Origin: a virus | Length of the DNA stretch: 64,000 nt | Virus record (IMG/VR): IMGVR_UViG_3300047564_002155 | Location: 1 to 64,000 of that record | Reading direction: 5' to 3' (one strand) | Program-made: the position numbers and the translations under genes | Notes under the pieces: model-generated | What the model was told of the DNA's origin: nothing | Database searches by the model: none | What the model saw: the letters and a program-made list of their open reading frames with translations, nothing else | Part shown: piece by piece, positions 38,696 through 49,206 of the stretch | Numbering within the stretch: position 1 is the first letter of the stretch | How the letters are laid out: each line of letters begins with the position of its first letter

Positions 38696-39361
38696 ATGGG
38701 ATATTTAGATAATTCATCGGTAACTGTTGATGCGATTTTGACCAAGAAGGGTAGAGAACTTCTTGCACAAGGTCGTGATAAGTTTCAAATCACTCAATTT
38801 GCACTTGCAGATGATGAGGTAGATTACAACCTTTGGAACCCCGCTCACTCATTGGGGTCAGACTACTATGGTACAATCATTGAGAATATGCCCGTATTAG
38901 AAGCCCTAACTGATGAGAACTACACTATGAAGTATAAATTGTTGACTCTTCCAAAATCAACTGTAAAACTTCCAATCATCACTCCTTCGGTGACTTCACT
39001 TTCTTTAGAAGAAGATGGTATCTCTTCAACCATCAACATTACAACCAAAAATGGTGGAAATACTTTGTTGGGCTACACCGCCGTGTTGTTAAATTCAGAC
39101 GCTGCTACTATCGTAGGTAATCAAGGTGTTCCAGGTGGAACTTCTCCAAGTGTTAACACAACATCATACATTTCTAATAAGAGTGTTACGGTGGTTGGTA
39201 AAGACGCATTTACAATTACAACCAAAGTTCTTCCATCTGCTACCGCAATTACAACTCGCATTATCTTTATTGGTAACGAAACGGGTGGTAGAACCGAAGT
39301 GACTTTAACTGTAAACCCATACACAGGTAGAGTGTTAAACACAAGAACGATTGCAGGATAA
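38696..39361 (+). CDS. baseplate/tail-fibre-associated structural protein
   Basis: DAILTKKGRELLA..ITQFALADDEVDY. Confidence 0.65.
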   Translation: MGYLDNSSVTVDAILTKKGRELLAQGRDKFQITQFALADDEVDYNLWNPAHSLGSDYYGTIIENMPVLEALTDENYTMKYKLLTLPKSTVKLPIITPSVTSLSLEEDGISSTINITTKNGGNTLLGYTAVLLNSDAATIVGNQGVPGGTSPSVNTTSYISNKSVTVVGKDAFTITTKVLPSATAITTRIIFIGNETGGRTEVTLTVNPYTGRVLNTRTIAG

Positions 39362-39381
39362 TAAACTAAAAGGACACTAAA

Positions 39382-40581
39382 ATGCCAATAAATCCAATAG
39401 ACCCATCAGGCGGCGGATTCTCAAATACGGGAAATATCGGTGGAAACACCGGTGGAACTTCAACACCATCCCCATCAGGTAATACACCACCACCAAGCAC
39501 TTTGACCGCTCAACAACTTTTAGCGTTTGATATTAGTGAAAATAGAACGCCTATCGTTCCTGCCGGCGCATATAATGCTGGTAATGGTAAGGTATACACC
39601 GCATTCAGTACGGATGATGTGGTTGAAGGTGGAATCCAAAGAATTACTCGTGGATTGTGGAGTGGTAATGTTGGTGAATTAACTTCATTCTGGACATCTT
39701 CATTTCAGTCTGCTACTCAAAAATCATACTACTACGAGATTTACAACGGTAACCCAACCACATCTACTTCAGAAGCACAATTCTCCATTGCATATGGACA
39801 TAGATTAGGTAGTGGTTCATTTAGTACAGGTCCTGATTATGATGCTCCATCTAAAGCCATTTATGGTCAGTATCAACAAGCTCTTTTACCATCAACTCAA
39901 ACCCAATTTATATTTGGAACTACAAACTCCGATGATATCTACGCTATTACAATCAATAGAGCAAGATTAAAGGATAAGTTAGATAGAGGAAACTGGGAAT
40001 TGTGTTTGTCGGGTTCTTTAACAGGAAAGTTTGTTAGATTAATTGATGATAGTGGTGATGTAAATCAAAACTCATCAAATGACGCAGAGTCATACAATGT
40101 TGTATCCGGTTCTCTTGCTAATGGTGTATTTTCTGCAACACAAATCTTTGGTACTGTATACCCACATAGAGGTGTAATCATCCTAAATCCAGCGGCTCTT
40201 GACGCTTCTGCCTCATTAGGAACTGTTAGAACAATTAGTGATGCTCAGAACCACAACAAATTATTCCTTGCAATTAGCGGTGCTGCTGCTGCAAATTCAA
40301 GTAATGGTTTCCAAGCAAGAAACGAAGAAGAGGTAAAATCTACATTCTACTTTGTGAGAGCTAAAAACGCAGAATATAATTTCTCAAACAACCCATCGTA
40401 TGTTTCTGGTTCAAATGGTGAACTAAATCAACAAACATTTATTGGTGACTCAAAAACTTACATTACAACGGTTGGATTATACAATAATGATAATGAGTTA
40501 TTAGCAATTGCTAAATTATCTAAACCAATCTTAAAGTCATTCTCAAACGAGGTCCTTGTTAAGGTTAAACTTGATTTCTAA
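39382..40581 (+). CDS. tail structural protein
   Basis: C-terminal YITTVGLYN..NELLAIAKLSKPI.K..VKVKLDF. Confidence 0.65.
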   Translation: MPINPIDPSGGGFSNTGNIGGNTGGTSTPSPSGNTPPPSTLTAQQLLAFDISENRTPIVPAGAYNAGNGKVYTAFSTDDVVEGGIQRITRGLWSGNVGELTSFWTSSFQSATQKSYYYEIYNGNPTTSTSEAQFSIAYGHRLGSGSFSTGPDYDAPSKAIYGQYQQALLPSTQTQFIFGTTNSDDIYAITINRARLKDKLDRGNWELCLSGSLTGKFVRLIDDSGDVNQNSSNDAESYNVVSGSLANGVFSATQIFGTVYPHRGVIILNPAALDASASLGTVRTISDAQNHNKLFLAISGAAAANSSNGFQARNEEEVKSTFYFVRAKNAEYNFSNNPSYVSGSNGELNQQTFIGDSKTYITTVGLYNNDNELLAIAKLSKPILKSFSNEVLVKVKLDF

Positions 40582-40596
40582 AGATGTTTGTGTTAA

Positions 40597-41172
40597 ATGA
40601 GTATTGTATTCAAAAAAATATTCCAAGAGGGTCTACAAAGAAGACCCTTTAAGGCTCACAAAAGATATGAAGTAACTAATTTAAATTACTCATCATCTTT
40701 TGGAATACAAGTATTACGAGCAATTAACCCAAACGATACGAAGGTAGAAATTTCATCTTCGGTTAATGGTAGTATTGCAGTAGACCCAAATACTCACTTT
40801 AATACAAACGCTTGGGGTTCAATGACTCAAGTGTCCCAAGAGGTTCTTTGGAGTTCTCTTAATCAAGTATTTTTCCAAGAGTCGGATAAAGCTCTATATG
40901 ATACTGCTTCGGTGATGTCTATACCTGTAAATAAGTTTGGTGATGGCATCAAACCTGGTTCAGTTTTTATTACGGATAATTCACACTACCCATCGGCTTC
41001 AATAAAATTATACGACCAATCAATGGATGACTCATATGGTTTATTGATTGCAAGTGAATTAACATCTTCGGTAAAAATAAATCAATCTGATGTTGTATTA
41101 AAATTATCATTTGACAATACTACACGAGTTGTTGATTCTTCAAATTTTAAAAACGAAATTATAGTGAGTTGA
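40597..41172 (+). CDS. tail structural protein, N-terminal part
   Basis: PFKAHK, SIPVNKFGDGIKPGS; ends in LamG-like first strand. Confidence 0.6.
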   Translation: MSIVFKKIFQEGLQRRPFKAHKRYEVTNLNYSSSFGIQVLRAINPNDTKVEISSSVNGSIAVDPNTHFNTNAWGSMTQVSQEVLWSSLNQVFFQESDKALYDTASVMSIPVNKFGDGIKPGSVFITDNSHYPSASIKLYDQSMDDSYGLLIASELTSSVKINQSDVVLKLSFDNTTRVVDSSNFKNEIIVS

Positions 41173-41173
41173 T

Positions 41174-42646
41174 ATGCCGACTTATACACTTACAACCAAC
41201 TATACAAACAATGTAACTGGCTCTACGCTCCGTAGTTCCGCTGACCCGTTATCATCAATAGTTACAACTCGTACAGTCAATGGAACTCAAACAGGAGGTT
41301 ATCTATTTAATGTTGCATATCTTCATCCCGATAGTGGTTATGAGTTTACTTCTGTTGGTAATATTTCATTTGTACTTGATGGTAACCCATATACACCTGG
41401 GTCTGGTGTAATTGGTGCTTCTCTAAACCCAAGCGGATATATAACTATCCAAACCACACAACAAAATCCAAGTAATACATACAATTTAGTATTAAATGGA
41501 ACCTCTACAGTAGAAGCTCCACCCGTTGAAGATACCGGTTCCGGTGGCGGCGGAGGTGGTGGAGGTGGTGGAGGCGACGCCGGCGTTTCAACTACAAGTG
41601 GTGTGGGTGGAACTGGATATGCATATTCATTTGCAGCAACAACTCAAAGTATTCTTGTAAGACATAACTCTAATTTTGATGTCTTTAATAAAAATGATGA
41701 TTGGGCCGTTTCATTTTGGGGCAGTCTACCAATATCTCAATCCGCTGTGGGTGATTTTTCTACCGAAAAGTTAATCGTATCAAAACACATCGCGGAACGA
41801 TACATAAACGAAGATGGAACTATCACCACTCAAAATAGTGAAGTTGGTTCTTACCCATTTAAAATTGGAGTTTATACAAAATATTCCGATGCGGGTAATG
41901 ATGGTAAAGTATTCTTTGAGACATCTGATGGTACTTCTACTAACCGCGTAACTTCATCAGCACAATATAACGACACCGCATATAGACACTTTACCTTTAA
42001 TAAAACGGGGTCTTTATATGAAATTTGGGTGAATGGCGCAAGAGTAGTAAGTCAATCAGTTTCATATTCATTTAATATCAATAACCAAAAAGATATTTTA
42101 ATTGGTAATGATTCATATGGTAATGAATTTGGATTTAGTGGTTCAATAGATGAATTTCAAATTCATAGAGTAGGTCTTACATCAGCAGAAATTGGTTCAC
42201 TTGCAGATAATAATTTAGTAAGTGGTTCATATCTTCAAAAAAATGATGTTGGGTATGTATTCTACAAACAAGGTATGATTGTGGTAACTGACCCAAGACC
42301 ACGATACCAAAATGTTCTTTTGGGTGATGGTAATGGTTCTTATACAAATAAAAACTATCAAGTTGATTATCGTTCAACAAAAGTCGTAGAGGAAGTAGTT
42401 GCTCTTTGTGAAATTGGTAAAGAAGAATTTCTTGTTACATCAAACCCATCCGCAAGATACGCTCCAAGTGAAAATGAATTCCAACTGGCAGGATTTACAA
42501 CATCATCTTCATTCTATCCATATGTAACTACAATTGGATTGTATAATGATGCCGGTGATTTATTAGCAACGGCAAAATTGGGGTCTCCTCTAAAGCGTAG
42601 GTCTGATGTTGATGTAACAGTTCAAATTAAATTTGATATAGATTAA
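41174..42646 (+). CDS. tail protein with poly-Gly linker, LamG domain and C-terminal TTIGLYN domain
   Basis: G11 run; WAVSFW, YRHFTF, FSGSIDEFQIH; PYVTTIGLYND...KFD. Confidence 0.7.
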   Translation: MPTYTLTTNYTNNVTGSTLRSSADPLSSIVTTRTVNGTQTGGYLFNVAYLHPDSGYEFTSVGNISFVLDGNPYTPGSGVIGASLNPSGYITIQTTQQNPSNTYNLVLNGTSTVEAPPVEDTGSGGGGGGGGGGGDAGVSTTSGVGGTGYAYSFAATTQSILVRHNSNFDVFNKNDDWAVSFWGSLPISQSAVGDFSTEKLIVSKHIAERYINEDGTITTQNSEVGSYPFKIGVYTKYSDAGNDGKVFFETSDGTSTNRVTSSAQYNDTAYRHFTFNKTGSLYEIWVNGARVVSQSVSYSFNINNQKDILIGNDSYGNEFGFSGSIDEFQIHRVGLTSAEIGSLADNNLVSGSYLQKNDVGYVFYKQGMIVVTDPRPRYQNVLLGDGNGSYTNKNYQVDYRSTKVVEEVVALCEIGKEEFLVTSNPSARYAPSENEFQLAGFTTSSSFYPYVTTIGLYNDAGDLLATAKLGSPLKRRSDVDVTVQIKFDID

Positions 42647-42648
42647 GT

Positions 42649-43356
42649 ATGGCTATCACATTTACAAATGGATTTACAACAATAACAAACAATGGTGGTT
42701 CTTTTGTGAATCCAACTTTGACTTTTGGGTCGGCTGTAACAACAGCAGTTCAAAGTCCATTTTCCGGCGGTGGTAATTCCTATCAGTTTAGTTCATCGGT
42801 AAACAGCTTTATTAGTTTGGTAGCAAGTAGTGATTGGGCTCCAGGTACGGCAGACTTTACAATAGAATGGTTTAGCTATCAGACATCAACAGGAAGTTTT
42901 CCAAGACCATTTTCAGTTGGAAATTACTCAACCGCTCCCATCGCAGTTAGTATTGAGGGTGGTACTTTTTACTACTGGGCAAACGGAGGATTTAGGTATT
43001 CAAATTCAGCTGGAACAATTTTAAATTCGTGGGTACATTGGGCTGTGGTAAGAGGTAGTGGAGTTACAAAAGTTTATAAAAATGGAACCCAATTGGGTAG
43101 TCAAATAACCGATACAAATAATATAACCAATACGAGCACCGAACTTACTGTGGGAAATGAAACCACAAAATCAACCGGCGCTGCTTTAATTGGATATTTA
43201 ACAAACTTCCGCTGGGTCAAAGGATTAGCAGTTTATACTGGAGATTTCACAGTCCCAACATCAGCTTTAACAGCAACGGCAAATGCAAATCCATATGGTG
43301 GGTCTAACACACAAGCTATTGGTGATGGATATACTAAATTACTATTAGTTCCTTAA
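42649..43356 (+). CDS. LamG-like tail protein
   Basis: DFTIEWF, WVHWAVVR, GYLTNFRWVKG.AVY. Confidence 0.8.
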   Translation: MAITFTNGFTTITNNGGSFVNPTLTFGSAVTTAVQSPFSGGGNSYQFSSSVNSFISLVASSDWAPGTADFTIEWFSYQTSTGSFPRPFSVGNYSTAPIAVSIEGGTFYYWANGGFRYSNSAGTILNSWVHWAVVRGSGVTKVYKNGTQLGSQITDTNNITNTSTELTVGNETTKSTGAALIGYLTNFRWVKGLAVYTGDFTVPTSALTATANANPYGGSNTQAIGDGYTKLLLVP

Positions 43357-43357
43357 A

Positions 43358-43591
43358 ATGAAAAATTGGACACAATACTATAATGAAAATAAAGACAAAA
43401 TGTCTTTAAATGAAATGGTGCGTCAATACAATATGGTTTTGTTGCAAAATCAACAAGAATTTATATTAAGACAACAATCTCATAGAAGAAGTGGTAGTCC
43501 GTTTGAATCATCCACTCAAGATTCCGGGTTTTTATTACAAGAAAATAATGACTATTTATTACAAGAAAACAACGATAGGATACTTTTGTAA
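43358..43591 (+). CDS. small tail-fibre-associated protein
   Basis: tandem LLQENND repeat. Confidence 0.55.
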   Translation: MKNWTQYYNENKDKMSLNEMVRQYNMVLLQNQQEFILRQQSHRRSGSPFESSTQDSGFLLQENNDYLLQENNDRILL

Positions 43592-44622
43592 TGGCTGATA
43601 AGAAAATAACGGATTTAACAAGATTAACCGACCCGGTTCTTGCTGATGCTCTACCTATTGTAAATGGTGGTGAAACTAAAAAAACACTCGTTGGTGATAT
43701 TGCAACTCCAATTAGAAATTATAATGCTCCACTTACTGCAAGTGGTATTGTTATATCGGGTCCCATAGTTCCATCAACTCCAAGTGGTTCAAGTTTAGGA
43801 ACTGCAGAATTTCCATTTGGTGATTTATTCGTATCTTCTGGTTCTATTAACATTGCAAGTGATGTGCCGGGAGACCCAAACACATCTCTATCAAATGAAG
43901 GTGGTAATATTTTAGTATCCGCTGGTGGTATGAGATTGGTTGAACCCGGTAACTCGTTTATCGCTGAAACGGGGTCATTCCAATATATTTCGGGAAGTTT
44001 AACTCAAGTAGGTAGTTATAATAGGATTGGAAACACTATAACAACAGGTTCAGTTGACTTTTCAGGTTCATTTACCGCTTCTTTACAATCAGGTTATATG
44101 TGGATAGGTAATTCTAATAATAGAACAACAACAATTCCTACATCTTCTTTATACACAAAAACTAATTTTGGATTCTATGGTTCATTTTATTCCACAGCAT
44201 CACAATATAATCCCGTAGGTAATGTGTCACGTTCTATGATGTTGGAAACTTTAGTTACATCTAATGGTGTAAGTGTAGTAAGTGGTAGTAGAATGAAAGT
44301 ATCTGGTGCCGGTGTTTATAACTTACAATTTTCCGCTCAATTAGAAAAAAGTGATAATGGTGTAGATACGGTTTATATATGGTTTAAGAAAAACGGACTT
44401 AACATACCAGACTCTGCTACCTCACTTGATATATTAAAAGACGCGGGTGGTTCTGGTAGATTTGTTGCGGCTTGGAACTTTGTAGATACATTTAATGCTA
44501 ATGATTATATAGAAATAGTCTGGCAATCCGATGACATTAACGTAAGTATACCTTATGTGGCTCCTTCGGGTAATATTCCATCAATACCATCGGTAATAGC
44601 AACGCTAACTCAAGTATCATAA
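43591..44622 (+). CDS. tail fibre/spike protein with C1q/BclA-like C-terminal domain
   Basis: MADKKITDL start; GVYNLQFSAQL, IWFKKNG, DYIEIVW. Confidence 0.7.
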   Translation: MADKKITDLTRLTDPVLADALPIVNGGETKKTLVGDIATPIRNYNAPLTASGIVISGPIVPSTPSGSSLGTAEFPFGDLFVSSGSINIASDVPGDPNTSLSNEGGNILVSAGGMRLVEPGNSFIAETGSFQYISGSLTQVGSYNRIGNTITTGSVDFSGSFTASLQSGYMWIGNSNNRTTTIPTSSLYTKTNFGFYGSFYSTASQYNPVGNVSRSMMLETLVTSNGVSVVSGSRMKVSGAGVYNLQFSAQLEKSDNGVDTVYIWFKKNGLNIPDSATSLDILKDAGGSGRFVAAWNFVDTFNANDYIEIVWQSDDINVSIPYVAPSGNIPSIPSVIATLTQVS

Positions 44623-44639
44623 TAAAAATAAAAAAAGTT

Positions 44640-45068
44640 ATGGCAAAAGGAAATTGGAGCCATATCCAAAAGACCAAAGGACATAAGTCAGGTCTTGAAG
44701 ATAGGATAAACGAGCAGTTACGAATTCAAGGAATTGATGGTGAGTATGAGAAACACGAAATCCCATATACCATCCCAGCATCACACCACACCTACAAACC
44801 TGATTTTAAATTACCAAATGGAATTTATATTGAATCAAAGGGGTGGTTCTTGCCGGAAGATAGAAAAAAACATTTGTTAGTAAAAGAACAACATCCTGAA
44901 ATGGATTTGAGATTTATCCTTCAATCTCCAAATGGTAAAATTTATAAGGGTTCAAAAACTACTTATGCTCAATGGTGTGAAAAACACGGATTCAAGTGGG
45001 CAAAGAAAGAAGTTCCGCGAGAATGGATAGATGAGAATCCAAAACAAAATTTCTTTGATTTCTCATAA
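44640..45068 (+). CDS. T7 endonuclease I-like Holliday junction resolvase
   Basis: KSGLE, YKPDF, IESKG, DRKKH, KGSKTTYAQWCEKHG. Confidence 0.9.
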   Translation: MAKGNWSHIQKTKGHKSGLEDRINEQLRIQGIDGEYEKHEIPYTIPASHHTYKPDFKLPNGIYIESKGWFLPEDRKKHLLVKEQHPEMDLRFILQSPNGKIYKGSKTTYAQWCEKHGFKWAKKEVPREWIDENPKQNFFDFS

Positions 45069-45088
45069 ATATTTCGTATATTAGTGGT

Positions 45089-46024
45089 ATGGAGGAAAGA
45101 CTATTATCACTTTTAGAATCAATTCTTGGTAAGTCCAAGAAAACTTCGGGCGACAATTACTCGTTCTATTCTCCATTTGTAGACCACTACAAGAGAAAAT
45201 TAGAAATCAATATACGATTAAATTCCAAAGGAGAAAATCCTTGGCATTGTTGGATTTCTGATGAGAAGGGTAGAACTATTAAATCCCTTTTCAAAAAACT
45301 TCGTGTATCCAAACAAACTTGGGATGAATACAATTCAATCTTCAGCAAGGTCAACCGATATGCAAGTGAGTATGAAACTACTGAAATTGTAGAACAAGTA
45401 GAACTCCCAAAAGAATTCAAACCACTTTACCAAAAGTCAGATTCCATCAAATGGAAACACGCTATGAATTACTTGTTAAATCGTGGGGTTCGTGCTGAAG
45501 ATATTGTTAAATACAATATTGGATATTGTGAGGGTGGTGAATACGACAATAAAATTATCATCCCATCCTATGATGAGCGTGGTAAGTTAAACTACTTTGT
45601 TGGTAGGTCATTTTATGATACAAAGTTTAAACACAAAAATCCAAAGGTTTCCAAAGATATAGTTGGGTTTGATTTGTTAGTGAATTGGGATACTCCTATT
45701 ATCCTATGTGAGGGTGCGTTTGACGCTATTTCAATTAGAAGAAATGCTATACCGCTTTTCGGTAAATCAATACAACCAAACCTTGAAAAGAAAATACTTG
45801 GAAAATTGGTAAAAAAGTTGTATATTTGTTTAGATTCGGATGCTATAAAAAATTCCATAGGATTGGCTGAAAAGTTTGTATCGTATGGAATTGAAACGTA
45901 TTTAGTGGAGTTAAAAGATAAAGACCCATCTGAAATGGGATATGAAAATATAAATAAACTTATTTACAATACACCACCCTTAACACTCCGAAGGTTGGTT
46001 GAGTTGAAGATGAACGGCTTATGA
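45089..46024 (+). CDS. DNA primase (TOPRIM)
   Basis: YL..RG, IIIP, GR, CEGAFDA, LDSD, KDP; sigma-A-type promoter at 45054-45084. Confidence 0.9.
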   Translation: MEERLLSLLESILGKSKKTSGDNYSFYSPFVDHYKRKLEINIRLNSKGENPWHCWISDEKGRTIKSLFKKLRVSKQTWDEYNSIFSKVNRYASEYETTEIVEQVELPKEFKPLYQKSDSIKWKHAMNYLLNRGVRAEDIVKYNIGYCEGGEYDNKIIIPSYDERGKLNYFVGRSFYDTKFKHKNPKVSKDIVGFDLLVNWDTPIILCEGAFDAISIRRNAIPLFGKSIQPNLEKKILGKLVKKLYICLDSDAIKNSIGLAEKFVSYGIETYLVELKDKDPSEMGYENINKLIYNTPPLTLRRLVELKMNGL

Positions 46025-49000
46025 GTAAAGTTAAAACTCTTAATATTGGTATAGAAAAGATTGGTAAGATTTACCATATCGCAGATGTCCACATTAGAAA
46101 CCTAAAAAGACACTCCGAGTATCGTGATGTGTTTTCCCAACTTTATGGGTATATTTTGTCCACAATGTCGGAAAACGACATCATCGTAGTTGCTGGTGAT
46201 ATTGTCCACGCTAAAACCGATATGTCACCCGAAGTAGTAGATTTAACGCAAGAGTTCTTTACTCGTTTATCAGACCTACTTCCAACTATTGTAATTCCTG
46301 GCAACCACGATGCTAATCTAAACAACCCATCTCGTATGGACGCTTTACAACCTATTGTAAATGCGTTGAAACTTGATAATCTATACTATCTTCGTGATAC
46401 GGGTGTTTGGAAGATTGGTAATTGTTCGTTCTATCATCAGTCGGTATTTGATGAATCACCGGGGTTCCCAACACCGGTTGATGTTGAGGGGTGTGACCAT
46501 AAGATTGCATTATTTCACGGAGCGGTTGATAAAATTGTTACCGAGTTTGGGTTTGTAATTGAAAACAAAAAAGTTCTTGTAGATAATTTCAAGGGATATG
46601 ATATTGTTCTTCTTGGCGATATTCACAAACCAAACAATGGTGTATTAGGTAATGAGTGGATTAAGTATCCTGGCTCTTTGATTATGCAGAATCACGCCGA
46701 ATCGGTATTTCCAGAACACGGAATCTTGGTATGGGATGTTGATACAAAAACAAACGAATTCGTTCAGATTAAAAATCCATATGGGTATGTGACTGTTGAT
46801 GTTGAGAATGGTAAGATTGTATCTAACTCACCGATTCCACAAAAACCACGAATGAGAATTCGTGTTAAAAACACCAAAGCTGCTGACCTAAACAAACTGA
46901 TTGCAGAATTAAAGAAGGGTAGACAAGTACAAGAACTTACGGTTCAAAAAGTTATTACTCGTAAGGATTCTAACGAAAGTGAAAAGATTGTTCTTCAAAA
47001 TGTTCGTGATGTTGCATATCAGAATAAATTGATTGAAGAGTACCTTTCCGATACCGAACATTTGACTGAAGACCAAATGAGTGTTGTAAAGGGAATCAAC
47101 ACCGACCTCAATGCTAAGTTGGGTAGTCACACTATCAAACTGAATTCTACTTGGGTTCCAAAAACATTTGAGTTCTCAAATATGTTTTCATATGGAGCAA
47201 ACAATATTATTGACTTCAGCAATATGAAAGGTGCTTATGGAATCTTTGCACCAAACGCAAGTGGTAAGTCAACTCTTTGGGATGCTCTTTCGTTTTGTAT
47301 CTTTGATAAGTGTTCACGAACCTCAAAGGCTGAGGATGTGATGAACTACTCTAAAAATTCGTTTGATTGTAAATTTACTTTTGACCTGAATGGGGTTGAC
47401 TATGTGATTGAACGAAGTGCAAAGAAATCTCCAAAGAGGGGGACTGTAAAGGTAGATACAAACTTTTACAAAATAGAAAATGGTGTGATGGAATCTCTTA
47501 ATGGAGAACAACGAAGAGACACCAACTTTATTATCCGTGAGTATGTGGGAACATATGATGACTTCATCCTTACAGCAATGTCCACTCAATCAAACAATAC
47601 AGGGTTTATTGACAAGTCACAAAAGGAAAGAAAAGAACTACTTGCTCAATTCTTGGATATGGATGTATTTGAATCTCTTTACCAAATTGCAAGTGAAGAA
47701 ATCAAAGAATTATCTGCTCTTCTAAAGGATTATAAGAATCAAGACCTACCGACCCAATTAGCTGACGCTGAGGAGACTTTAACATCCATTACAGGTTCTT
47801 TAACCGAATTAGAAGATAAGCGTCTTAAATTGGATTCTCAGCGAGATTCAATCAACACAAAGATTGAGTTTGAAGTTGGTAGTTTAAAGCCCGTTGATGA
47901 TGTTGGTGATGTGGAACAATTAGAAACACATTTAGAGTCACTTAACAAGCAACGAAAAAGACAAGATACCGAATGTGGTGTAAATCTTTCGGAGCTTAAA
48001 AGTATAGAAACAAAACAACAAGATGTTGAGTCAAAGATGTCCAATTTAAACATTGATGACTTAAAAGAAAAAAATGAACAATACAAAACTTACAATAATA
48101 AGTTTAATGAAATGGGAGTTCAACTTGATAAGTTGGAATCTCAAATGGTTCACGCTAAAAAACACTTGGATGGTATTGGGTCTCTTACCTTTGATGATAA
48201 TTGTGACCATTGTGTAAGTAATAAAAACACACCATTTGCAAAACAAGCCCAAACCCTTGAAGATGAGTTGAAAAAATTGGGTAATGAATATACTGACTTG
48301 GTAACCAAACGTATGGATGTAATGACCCTACGAAATCAAAATGATGTGACCAAAGAGCTAAAGCTTTGGGATGACCTTTCCGAAACTTCTTCTAAATTGG
48401 AAAAGGAATGGTTAAAGGTCAGTCGTTCGTATGAGTCGTGTTTATCGCTTGTTAAGGACTATGATACCTCTATTAAAAATTTAGAGATTGATATTCAAAA
48501 AGCCAAGAACCAACAACAAGCGGTAGAGCATAACAAATTGGTAAAGGAAAAGATACAATCTTTAAAAGGTAAACGAACTGAAATTGAAGAGTCTATCAAA
48601 GAAACTACCAATGAGTTAATGAATATCAATTCAGAAATTAAGGTAGCTGAAAAAACCATTGAGAATGTTCATCAGTCTTTGGAAAAACTTCGTGGTATGG
48701 AAATGAAATACGATGGGTATGAATATTACCTCAAGTGTGTAAAGAGAGATGGTATTCCTTACAATCTTATTTCAGAGGTTCTTCCAAAATTAGAAATGGA
48801 AATTAACAACATCCTTTCACCTATTGTAGATTTCCAAATCCTATTGAATACGGATGGTAAAAACATCAATTCGTATATTGCATATGGTGATGCTGAATAC
48901 TGGCCATTAGAACTTACAAGTGGTATGGAAAAATTCATTTCATCTATCGCAATCCGAACTGCTTTGATAAATGTGTCTAATTTACCAAGACCAAACTTTA

Positions 49001-49191
49001 TTGCAATTGATGAGGGATTTGGGTCATTAGACACGGACAACTTCAACTCACTCTATTTATTATTTGATTATCTAAAGACGCAGTTTGATTTTATAATCAC
49101 CATTTCGCACATTGATAAAACGAGGGATATGGTAGATTTCATTATTGACATCAATAAAATCAAAGGGTTTTCATCTATAAGATATTTATAA
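46021..49191 (+). CDS. fused Mre11/SbcD (gp47) - Rad50/SbcC (gp46) nuclease-ATPase
   Basis: ADVH, GDIVH, GNHD, GDIH; NASGKST; CDHC zinc hook; TSGMEK; IDEGFG.LD; ISH. Confidence 0.92.
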   Translation: MSKVKTLNIGIEKIGKIYHIADVHIRNLKRHSEYRDVFSQLYGYILSTMSENDIIVVAGDIVHAKTDMSPEVVDLTQEFFTRLSDLLPTIVIPGNHDANLNNPSRMDALQPIVNALKLDNLYYLRDTGVWKIGNCSFYHQSVFDESPGFPTPVDVEGCDHKIALFHGAVDKIVTEFGFVIENKKVLVDNFKGYDIVLLGDIHKPNNGVLGNEWIKYPGSLIMQNHAESVFPEHGILVWDVDTKTNEFVQIKNPYGYVTVDVENGKIVSNSPIPQKPRMRIRVKNTKAADLNKLIAELKKGRQVQELTVQKVITRKDSNESEKIVLQNVRDVAYQNKLIEEYLSDTEHLTEDQMSVVKGINTDLNAKLGSHTIKLNSTWVPKTFEFSNMFSYGANNIIDFSNMKGAYGIFAPNASGKSTLWDALSFCIFDKCSRTSKAEDVMNYSKNSFDCKFTFDLNGVDYVIERSAKKSPKRGTVKVDTNFYKIENGVMESLNGEQRRDTNFIIREYVGTYDDFILTAMSTQSNNTGFIDKSQKERKELLAQFLDMDVFESLYQIASEEIKELSALLKDYKNQDLPTQLADAEETLTSITGSLTELEDKRLKLDSQRDSINTKIEFEVGSLKPVDDVGDVEQLETHLESLNKQRKRQDTECGVNLSELKSIETKQQDVESKMSNLNIDDLKEKNEQYKTYNNKFNEMGVQLDKLESQMVHAKKHLDGIGSLTFDDNCDHCVSNKNTPFAKQAQTLEDELKKLGNEYTDLVTKRMDVMTLRNQNDVTKELKLWDDLSETSSKLEKEWLKVSRSYESCLSLVKDYDTSIKNLEIDIQKAKNQQQAVEHNKLVKEKIQSLKGKRTEIEESIKETTNELMNINSEIKVAEKTIENVHQSLEKLRGMEMKYDGYEYYLKCVKRDGIPYNLISEVLPKLEMEINNILSPIVDFQILLNTDGKNINSYIAYGDAEYWPLELTSGMEKFISSIAIRTALINVSNLPRPNFIAIDEGFGSLDTDNFNSLYLLFDYLKTQFDFIITISHIDKTRDMVDFIIDINKIKGFSSIRYL

Positions 49192-49206
49192 GAAATGGAG
49201 TAGTTA

